Translations under genes and position numbers: made by a program | In this document: piece by piece, positions 15,342 through 21,795 of the stretch | How positions within the stretch are numbered: the first letter of the stretch is position 1 | Layout: each line of letters starts with the position of its first letter | Assembly: GCF_004118375.1 (NCBI RefSeq) | Contig: NZ_SDHX01000001.1 | Location: 1,095,693 to 1,119,692 of the forward strand | DNA: 24,000 nucleotides | Direction of reading: 5' to 3' | Source of the DNA: Oleiharenicola lentus | GTDB lineage: Bacteria > Verrucomicrobiota > Verrucomicrobiia > Opitutales > Opitutaceae | Notes under the pieces: generated by a model | Database searches by the model: none | What the model was told of the DNA's origin: nothing | What the model saw: the letters and a program-made list of their open reading frames with translations, nothing else

Positions 15342-15818
15342 ATGACCCTGCCCCCGCCTCGCACCCGCATGCTTCTGCTCGTGGCCATCGCCGCCACGCT
15401 GGGACTGTTCGCGGGCCTCGGCGGCTATACGTTTACCTACGCGCACGGGCTGTCGTATTTTTCCAACGACCCCACGGCGTGCGTGAACTGCCACATCATG
15501 CGCGAGCAGTTCGACGGCTGGCTGAAGGGCCCGCACCATGCCGTCGCCACCTGCAACGACTGCCACACGCCGCACAGCTTCATCCCGAAATACCTCAGCA
15601 AGGCCGAAAACGGCTTCTGGCACTCCAAGGGTTTCACGCTCCAGGATTTTCACGAGCCGATCATCATCCGCAAACGGAACATCGCCGTGCTCCAGGAAAA
15701 CTGCGTGTCCTGCCACCAGCAGATCGTGGATGGCATCAACACCCACCCCGGCGACCCGCAGAAGATGCTCGATTGTCTCCATTGTCACCGCGAGGTCGGC
15801 CACGGGCCGATGAAGTGA
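15342..15818 (+). CDS. nrfH: NrfH/NapC-family membrane tetrahaem cytochrome c quinol dehydrogenase
   Basis: N-terminal TM helix. Four CxxCH motifs: CVNCH, CNDCH, CVSCH, CLHCH. Typical size of about 160 aa. Confidence 0.85.
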   Translation: MTLPPPRTRMLLLVAIAATLGLFAGLGGYTFTYAHGLSYFSNDPTACVNCHIMREQFDGWLKGPHHAVATCNDCHTPHSFIPKYLSKAENGFWHSKGFTLQDFHEPIIIRKRNIAVLQENCVSCHQQIVDGINTHPGDPQKMLDCLHCHREVGHGPMK

Positions 15819-15834
15819 ACTTTCATTCAACCGC

Positions 15835-15965
15835 CACGAATGAACACGAATACACTCGAATCAGAACCAACCCAACGCGCGCGTCATCCTGAGCCGTGCG
15901 AAGGATCCAAGGGGAAGTCGCATCACGCGCCGTCTGCCTGGATCCTTCGCTGCGCTCAGGATGAC
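15835..15965. repeat. composite intergenic repeat element: three tandem 10-mers, then an imperfect 27-bp inverted repeat
   Basis: Tandem 10-mers CACGAATGAA / CACGAATACA / CTCGAATCAG occupy 15835-15864. GTCATCCTGAGCCGTGCGAAGGATCCA (15883-15909) pairs with TGGATCCTTCGCTGCGCTCAGGATGAC (15939-15965). GC content is locally lower than in the flanks. Confidence 0.65.
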
Positions 15966-16038
15966 GGTGCGGGGAGTTTTGCGACGTTCGGGTCGTTCAT
16001 CCGTAGATTTATAACCTAGCTGCCTCGCCCCTCCCGCC

Positions 16039-17505
16039 ATGAAAACCACCCCCGACTCCCGTCAGCACGGCCTCGCCACCTGGGCGCTCATCGCGATCCT
16101 CGCCGCCACGGCCGGCGCCACCTTTCTCACGCTGATGCTCTACCAGAACATCGTCGCCCGGAAGGCCGAGGCCACCAAGGACGTGTTCCGCGTCGTCGAG
16201 GTGAGCGACGAGACCGTGGACCCCGCGATCTGGGGCAAGAACTACCCGCGCCAATACGACAGCTACCGGCGCACCGTGGACACCGAGCGCACGAACCACG
16301 GTGGCAGCGAGGCCTTCCAGCACCTCGACAAGGATCCGGTGTGGCGCCGGCTGTTTGCGGGCTACGCCTTCGCCGTGGATTACCGCGAGGAACGCGGCCA
16401 CGCCTACATGCTCATCGATCAGCGCGAGACGGAGCGAGTGAAGAACTTCAAGCAGCCCGGCGCCTGCCTCCAGTGCCACGCCTCCGCGGTGGACACCTAC
16501 CGCAAGGAGGGCATCAAGGCCGGCATCCCCGCGGGCAAGGAGCATTGGGAAGAGCAGATTCAGAAGGGCTTCGAGGTCGTCTGCGCCATGCCCTACAGCG
16601 AGGCGACCAAACTCGTGGAGCATCCGGTCTCCTGCATCGACTGTCACGACGCCGAGACCATGAACCTGCGCGTCAACCGCCCCGGCTTCCTCAACGGCAT
16701 CCGCGCGCTCGCCAATTCCGACTACCCGACGCCGCACCTGCCCAGCATCGAGCGCTGGCGCAAGGACGGTCGCAAGGGGCGCTATGAGCCCAACTCGGAC
16801 GCCACGCGCCAGGAAATGCGCTCGATGGTCTGCGCGCAGTGCCACGTCGAATATTACTTCAAGGGCGACAAGAAGCTCGTGACCTACCCGTGGGACAAGG
16901 GCCTGAAGGTCGAGCAGATCGAGACCTACTACAACGAGGTCGGGCACACCGACTTCAAGAACAAGGAGAGCGGCGCGCCCATCCTGAAGGCCCAGCACCC
17001 GGAGTTCGAGATGTGGAGCCAGGGCATTCATGCCCGCAGCGGTGTGGCCTGCGCCGACTGCCACATGCCTTATGTCCGCGAGGGCGCCATCAAGGTCAGC
17101 AACCACCATGTCCGCTCCCCGCTGCTCAACGTCGCCCAGGCCTGCCAGTCCTGTCACCGTATCCCCGAGCAGGAAATCAAGGCGCGAGCGCTCCTTGTGC
17201 AGGACCGCAACGCCGCGCTGCTCACGCGCGGCGAGGCGGCGGTGGTCGGCCTGTTGGACGCCATCGCCTTGGCCCAGAAAGCCGGCGCCACCGACGATCA
17301 GCTCAAAACCGCCCGAGACCTGCACCGCAAGGCGCAGTGGCGCCTCGACTTCGTGGCGGCCGAAAACTCGATGGGCTTCCACGCCCCGCAGGAGGCTGCG
17401 CGCATCCTCGCCGAGGCGATCGACTATGCCCGCCAGGGCGAAATCGCCGTTGCGAAGGAGACCAGGCCGGCGGGCGGCGGTGCCGTTGCGGGCGCCCTGA
17501 AGTAA
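16039..17505 (+). CDS. nrfA: pentahaem cytochrome c nitrite reductase NrfA (CxxCH active-site variant)
   Basis: Signal/anchor sequence present. Five haem motifs: CLQCH, CIDCH, CAQCH, CADCH, CQSCH. CAQCHVEYYF is the conserved NrfA Ca-site/active-site block. Confidence 0.9.
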   Translation: MKTTPDSRQHGLATWALIAILAATAGATFLTLMLYQNIVARKAEATKDVFRVVEVSDETVDPAIWGKNYPRQYDSYRRTVDTERTNHGGSEAFQHLDKDPVWRRLFAGYAFAVDYREERGHAYMLIDQRETERVKNFKQPGACLQCHASAVDTYRKEGIKAGIPAGKEHWEEQIQKGFEVVCAMPYSEATKLVEHPVSCIDCHDAETMNLRVNRPGFLNGIRALANSDYPTPHLPSIERWRKDGRKGRYEPNSDATRQEMRSMVCAQCHVEYYFKGDKKLVTYPWDKGLKVEQIETYYNEVGHTDFKNKESGAPILKAQHPEFEMWSQGIHARSGVACADCHMPYVREGAIKVSNHHVRSPLLNVAQACQSCHRIPEQEIKARALLVQDRNAALLTRGEAAVVGLLDAIALAQKAGATDDQLKTARDLHRKAQWRLDFVAAENSMGFHAPQEAARILAEAIDYARQGEIAVAKETRPAGGGAVAGALK

Positions 17506-17590
17506 GTTCGGGTGGCATGGGTCTCCCGACTCATGCTGCCGCGCGCCGAATGGATCGCGGGTCGTGAGATCCGCGGCACATCGCCAAAAC

Positions 17591-18820
17591 ATGAATCGCG
17601 GCACGCCCACAGTAATTCCCGAATTCCCGCCCGACGCCTCGCTGGCCCGGCGCTTCCGCGTCGCGTGGGGGTTCTTGCTCGTCTCCGTCCTGATTGGCCT
17701 CGGCTTGCGGCTCCAGTGGGTGTGGCCGTGGACGACGCTGGAATACAACCACCTGCTTCACGCGCACTCGCACGTCGCCTTCCTCGGGTGGGTGTTCAAC
17801 GCGTTTCTGGTCGTCGCGCTGCGGCATTTCGTGCCGCCGGAGGAGACGCGCGACTACGACCGGATCTGGTGGGCGATGCAGCTCGCCGTGCTGGGCATGC
17901 TGGGCACGTTTCCCTTCCAGGGCTACGCCCCGGCCAGCATCGCTTTTTCCACGCTGCACATGGCCGCGGCGTTCGTGTTCGCGGTGAAGCTCTGGCGCCG
18001 GAACCGCGCGGTCCCGGCGGCGCGGCCGCATCTGCGGCTGGCGCTCGCGTTTATGATCCTGTCCGGCGGCGGGCCGCTCGCCCTCGGCGTGTTGCCGGCG
18101 CTGGGGCTGCGCGAGTCGCCCGCCTACACGCTCGCGATCTATTTCTACCTGCACTGCCAATACAACGGCTGGTTTCCGTTTTTCCTGCAGGCCCTGCTGC
18201 TGCAACGCGCGCAGGAGCGGGGCTGGCGCGTGGATGACACCGCCGCAACCGGCGCCGCGTGGTGGCTCGCCGTCGGCGGGTTACTGACCTTTGCGCTTTC
18301 GACGCTTTGGTGCGGACCGCCGGCCGTGGTCGGCTGGATTGCGGTAGCGGGCGGCGTGATGCAGGCTGTCGGCGCGGTGCGTTTTGTCTGCGCCGTGCGC
18401 GGCGTGCCTTTGCCGGCTGACCGAGTCGTGCGTTTGTTGGCGTTTGTTGCCCTGGGGGCCTGGCTGCTCAAACATGTCCTGCACCTTGCCGGCCCCTGGC
18501 CCGGGCTCGCCGAACTCACCCAGCAGCGCTTCGTGGCCATCGCCTTCCTGCATCTCGTTTTTCTCGGTCTCGTGACGCCCGCTCTGCTTGTCTGGGCGCA
18601 CGGGTGCGGTTGGTTGCCGGCCGGAGCGCGGTTGCGGTTGGGCGCGGGTCTGTTGCTCGCGGGCACGGCGATCACGGAGTCTTTGCTGGTAGTGCCGACC
18701 TTCGTGGGTGGTCTGCCGTTCGGCTGGATGCTGCCGCTGCCCCTGTTGGTCGCCTCCGCCCTTATCGTGGCGGGGGTGGCGGTGCTCCGGCCGCGCGGGT
18801 CCGATTTGCCGGCGGCATGA
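17591..18820 (+). CDS. 12-TM His-rich membrane protein, family uncertain (possibly NnrS-like)
   Basis: About 12 hydrophobic segments. His motifs within helices: LLHAHSHVAFLGW, STLHMAAAF, YFYLHCQYNGWF, AFLHLVFLG. ATG 17591 is preferred over 17564. Its TGA stop lies inside box 6. Confidence 0.35.
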   Translation: MNRGTPTVIPEFPPDASLARRFRVAWGFLLVSVLIGLGLRLQWVWPWTTLEYNHLLHAHSHVAFLGWVFNAFLVVALRHFVPPEETRDYDRIWWAMQLAVLGMLGTFPFQGYAPASIAFSTLHMAAAFVFAVKLWRRNRAVPAARPHLRLALAFMILSGGGPLALGVLPALGLRESPAYTLAIYFYLHCQYNGWFPFFLQALLLQRAQERGWRVDDTAATGAAWWLAVGGLLTFALSTLWCGPPAVVGWIAVAGGVMQAVGAVRFVCAVRGVPLPADRVVRLLAFVALGAWLLKHVLHLAGPWPGLAELTQQRFVAIAFLHLVFLGLVTPALLVWAHGCGWLPAGARLRLGAGLLLAGTAITESLLVVPTFVGGLPFGWMLPLPLLVASALIVAGVAVLRPRGSDLPAA

Positions 18821-18830
18821 CCTGCGTCAA
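18817..18830 (+). promoter_or_regulatory. FNR/Dnr-type box 6 (ATGACCTGCGTCAA, then ggc)
   Basis: TAGGGT lies at 18853-18858 (22-bp spacer). ATG is at 18876. Confidence 0.55.
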
Positions 18831-18875
18831 GGCGCGCGGCGCGGCCTTGGGCTAGGGTGGGGCGTTCGCCATGCC

Positions 18876-19340
18876 ATGAGAACCACCCTCTATTATACCT
18901 TGCTGACGCTCCATATTCTCGGCGCCACGATTTGGACCGGCGGACACGTCGTGCTGGCCACAACGGTGTTGCCGCGGGCGCTGCGCGCAAAACGCGCATC
19001 TATCCTCACCGATTTCGAGCAGGGCTACGAACGCGTCGGCATGCCCGCTTTGGCCGTGCAGATTGTCACCGGTCTGTGGCTGGCGCACCGGCTGCTCGGC
19101 GCGCCGGCGAACTGGTTCAGCGACGCGCCGCTCGCGCACATCGTGCACGTGAAAATCCTCTGCCTCGCGGGCACTGCCGCGCTGGCGATCCATGCCAAGA
19201 CACGCGTCATCCCGCGCCTCAACGACGACAACCTCCCGGTGATGGCCTGGCACATTGCCGGCGTCACGGGGCTCTCCGTGCTCTTTGTGCTGGCCGGCGC
19301 CAGTGCGCGTCTGGGCGGTTTTCCCTTTTTTCAACCCTGA
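18876..19340 (+). CDS. CopD-like 4-TM membrane protein (154 aa)
   Basis: LTLHILGATIWTGGHVVL resembles the CopD-family L-H-x-L-x-A-x-x-W-x-G-G opening helix. Four TM segments. The in-frame ATG at 18876 follows the box/-10 pair. Confidence 0.4.
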   Translation: MRTTLYYTLLTLHILGATIWTGGHVVLATTVLPRALRAKRASILTDFEQGYERVGMPALAVQIVTGLWLAHRLLGAPANWFSDAPLAHIVHVKILCLAGTAALAIHAKTRVIPRLNDDNLPVMAWHIAGVTGLSVLFVLAGASARLGGFPFFQP

Positions 19341-19352
19341 ACCAAAACCGCC

Positions 19353-19706
19353 ATGTCCGCCGCCCTCCTTCCCTCCGACCAAGCCGCCGTATGCCCGCTG
19401 ACGGCTCCCGCGCAAAATGTAGCCCACGGCATCGTGAGCCAGGCTGTGCTCACCGCGCCCGGCCTGCGCGTGACGCTGTTCCGTTTTGCCGCCGGTCAGG
19501 AACTGTCCGAGCACACGACCCCGGCCCGCGCGCTGGTGCAGGTGTTGGCGGGCGTCTGCGAGTTCACGTTTCCCGACCGCAAACAAAGGATGGTCGCGGG
19601 CGATCTCCTGCACATGCCGCCGAAGCTGCCGCACGCCGTGCGCGCTGTCGAGGATCTGACGATTCTCATCACGCAGGCGACGCCGCCGGCCAAGCCGCTT
19701 GATTAG
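19353..19706 (+). CDS. cupin-domain protein (117 aa)
   Basis: G-x-E-L-S-E-H-T...VLAGVCEFTF...GDLLHMPPKLPHAV fits the two-motif cupin pattern. It starts 12 bp after the upstream gene. Confidence 0.6.
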   Translation: MSAALLPSDQAAVCPLTAPAQNVAHGIVSQAVLTAPGLRVTLFRFAAGQELSEHTTPARALVQVLAGVCEFTFPDRKQRMVAGDLLHMPPKLPHAVRAVEDLTILITQATPPAKPLD

Positions 19707-19783
19707 CCAGAGAGACGCAGAGACACAAAGACTGGGTCGATCAGAACTTTGTGACGTCGAGTCTTTGTGGTGAACATCTCCGA

Positions 19784-20440
19784 TTAAGAAACCAACGCAT
19801 CCCGCTCCCGATAGAACGCCCGGAGGGACTCAGCCTCGGCGGTGAAGGCCACGCCGTCGAGGAACGTCGCCCAGCCGGCTTCCTCGTGGCGCACGCCGAG
19901 CAGGAGTTCGCGCAGGATGAGCACGTTCCAATCGTGCGAGACGTGCAGGTCGAGCCGCCGGCCGCCGGCGACGGGCTCCCGCAACCTGGCCGTGACGTAG
20001 GCGAGTTTGCGCCGGGCGATATCGGGCGCGCGCAGGATCAGCTGCTCCGAGACCTGGTTGGTGAACCAGAGCCGCACAAACTTCTCGCCATGCAGGCCGC
20101 TCAGCCGGCCCGTCTCGATTTGGTCGAGGATGTAGGCGACGCCCAGTTCCGGCCGCGTGCCCACCAGTTCGACGTTCAGCCCCGCCCGCGCTGCGCCGGC
20201 CGCGACGCGCTCGGCCGTCTGCTGGCAGCGTTTGACCGGACTGTGAAAGAGGCGCACCCGGTCGAAGCCGCGGATCGCCGCGCCGAAGGCCTCGGCGTCG
20301 CGGTGCCCCGCCTCCGTCAGCTCCGCCGCCAGCGGTTCGCGCGGATCCGCGATCGGGTGGCGGGCGGCGTGGCGCAGCACGGCGGCGGCGCGGTCCGCCG
20401 GGAGGGTGGAGAGGGTGGCAAGCAGTTCGCTTCCTTGCAT
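19784..20440 (-). CDS. histidine phosphatase (phosphoglycerate-mutase-like) family protein
   Basis: AVLRHAARHPI (RHA-x-R catalytic motif) followed by LTEAGHRDAEAFG. The ATG at 20438-20440 is preferred to the GTG at 20446. Confidence 0.55.
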   Translation of the reverse strand: MQGSELLATLSTLPADRAAAVLRHAARHPIADPREPLAAELTEAGHRDAEAFGAAIRGFDRVRLFHSPVKRCQQTAERVAAGAARAGLNVELVGTRPELGVAYILDQIETGRLSGLHGEKFVRLWFTNQVSEQLILRAPDIARRKLAYVTARLREPVAGGRRLDLHVSHDWNVLILRELLLGVRHEEAGWATFLDGVAFTAEAESLRAFYRERDALVS

Positions 20441-20538
20441 GCCCACGGTGATGCGCGCTCCGTGGCCCGACGGTCAAGTCGCCAGACGGCACACTTCAGG
20501 CGCGACTTGCGCGCAAACCCCGTGCTAGCTTGCGCCCG

Positions 20539-21273
20539 ATGCCGACCGCCCCACGCGCCGCCGATCTCAAGCTAACCGGACTCGTCAGTTCCCTGCGTTG
20601 CTGCCAGCTCTTCACCGGGTTGTCACCGGAGGACCTGGCCGCCATCGCCGGCTTCACTTTGGTGCTGCGGCTGGCCAAGGACGATTATCTCTTCCACGAG
20701 GGCGAATCTTCGCGTGGTTTCTACGTCGTGCAGACCGGCGCGATCAACGTGCACCGCGTGAGCGCCGCCGGCAAGGAGCAGGTCATCCACGTGTTCCGCA
20801 TGGGCGAGTCGTTTGCCGAGGCGGCACTGGCCTCGGCCACCGGTTATCCGGCCAACGCGCGCGCGGTCGAGCCTTCCACCGTGCTGCTGATCCCCAAGGC
20901 CCCCATCCTCGAGCTGATCGGCCGCCGGCCGGATCTCGCGCTGCGCATGCTCGGCTCCATGAGCGCGCACCTGCGCGTGCTGGTGGGCGCCCTGGACGAC
21001 CTCACGCTCAAGGATGTCGAGACCCGCATGCTCAACTGGCTGGTGAAGCACGGGCGTGACGCGAAGGACGGGGTCATCGAGCTGCCCGGCACCAAGCGGG
21101 TGCTCGCGGCAGAACTGGGCACCAGCAGCGAAACGCTTTCCCGCACGCTGGCCCGGTTGCGCGATGACCGGCTCATTACGGTCGCAGCCAAGAGTATCAA
21201 GGTGCACGACGCCGCCCGGCTCGGGTCGATGCTACGCCGCAATCTCGGCGAAGTCGGCGCGCCGGGTGCTTGA
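20539..21273 (+). CDS. Crp/Fnr-family transcription factor, Dnr/NnrR/NssR-like (no FNR-type N-terminal Cys cluster)
   Basis: cNMP-binding-like beta-roll (YLFHEGESSRGFYVVQTGAINVHR...GESFAEAAL). C-terminal HTH TKRVLAAELGTSSETLSRTLARL carries the E--SR recognition motif that reads TTGAT half-sites. The track start at 20530 is TTG; the ATG is at 20539. Confidence 0.85.
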   Translation: MPTAPRAADLKLTGLVSSLRCCQLFTGLSPEDLAAIAGFTLVLRLAKDDYLFHEGESSRGFYVVQTGAINVHRVSAAGKEQVIHVFRMGESFAEAALASATGYPANARAVEPSTVLLIPKAPILELIGRRPDLALRMLGSMSAHLRVLVGALDDLTLKDVETRMLNWLVKHGRDAKDGVIELPGTKRVLAAELGTSSETLSRTLARLRDDRLITVAAKSIKVHDAARLGSMLRRNLGEVGAPGA

Positions 21274-21283
21274 CGCCGGTCAA
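21270..21283 (+). promoter_or_regulatory. FNR/Dnr-type box 7 (TTGACGCCGGTCAA, then ggc)
   Basis: Overlaps the regulator's TGA stop (21271-21273). CATACT lies at 21306-21311 (22-bp spacer). ATG is at 21330. Confidence 0.65.
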
Positions 21284-21329
21284 GGCCCCGCCGGACGTTC
21301 CGGCGCATACTCCCGCAGGAATCCGCCCC

Positions 21330-21746
21330 ATGGCCCTGACCGATCCCGCTCTTCCCGCACCTTTGTTCGACCGCCTCGGTGGTCGTCCGCGTTTGCTGCA
21401 AATGCTGCGGTATTTCTACGCCGACGTCCGTCAGCATCAGGAGATCGCGCCGATTTTTGCCGCGCACATCCACGACTGGCCGGCCCATTTGGAAAAGATC
21501 GCTGACTTTTGGTCGGGCGCGACCGGCGGCCCGGCGCGCTACGCCGGCCCCATGCCCTTCAAGCATGTGTCCCTCGGACTGGAGGAGAGGCATTTCGCGG
21601 CCTGGCTCGGGCTCTGGGCCCGGCATTGCCGCGCCCACCTGCCGGCGCGGGAAGCCGGGGAGCTGATCGCCCTGGCCGAAGGCATCGGCCAGCGGTTGCG
21701 TCAGATCATCACCCTGCACGGCGGCGGAAAATTTCCGCCCGCTTGA
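21330..21746 (+). CDS. truncated haemoglobin (2-on-2 globin)
   Basis: LFDRLGGRPRLLQMLRYFYADVRQHQEIAPIF...IADFWSGATGGPARYAG...KHVSLGLEERHFAAWLGLW follows the trHb pattern: L-x-x-x-GG, then F-Y, then F-W-x-x-x-x-GGP-x-Y, then H. Confidence 0.75.
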   Translation: MALTDPALPAPLFDRLGGRPRLLQMLRYFYADVRQHQEIAPIFAAHIHDWPAHLEKIADFWSGATGGPARYAGPMPFKHVSLGLEERHFAAWLGLWARHCRAHLPAREAGELIALAEGIGQRLRQIITLHGGGKFPPA

Positions 21747-21756
21747 TCCGCATCAA
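21743..21756 (+). promoter_or_regulatory. FNR/Dnr-type box 8 (TTGATCCGCATCAA, then ggc)
   Basis: Perfect half-sites. Overlaps the globin TGA stop (21744-21746). TAGGGT lies at 21779-21784 (22-bp spacer). ATG is at 21796. Confidence 0.75.
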
Positions 21757-21795
21757 GGCAAGGCGGCCGCCAGGCGGGTAGGGTGGGGCTCCATC

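Noticed and set aside
16009-17748. 579-aa minus-strand ORF antisense to nrfA
   Set aside because: Antisense to a gene with five haem c motifs. It has a biased composition and no recognisable domains.
20507-20516. Palindrome TTGCGCGCAA and the half-site GACGGTCAA (about 20470-20478) upstream of the Crp/Fnr gene, considered as an autoregulatory box
   Set aside because: Neither fits the 14-bp TTGAY-N4-RTCAA geometry of the eight good sites, and no TAnnnT lies at the fixed 22-bp spacing. It is mentioned only as a possibility.
19751-20575. 274-aa plus-strand ORF overlapping the histidine-phosphatase gene and the regulator's start
   Set aside because: It is an Arg/Gly/Ala/Pro-rich antisense artefact. 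The minus frame has the RHAxR histidine-phosphatase motif, and the plus-strand regulator begins at 20539 in another frame.
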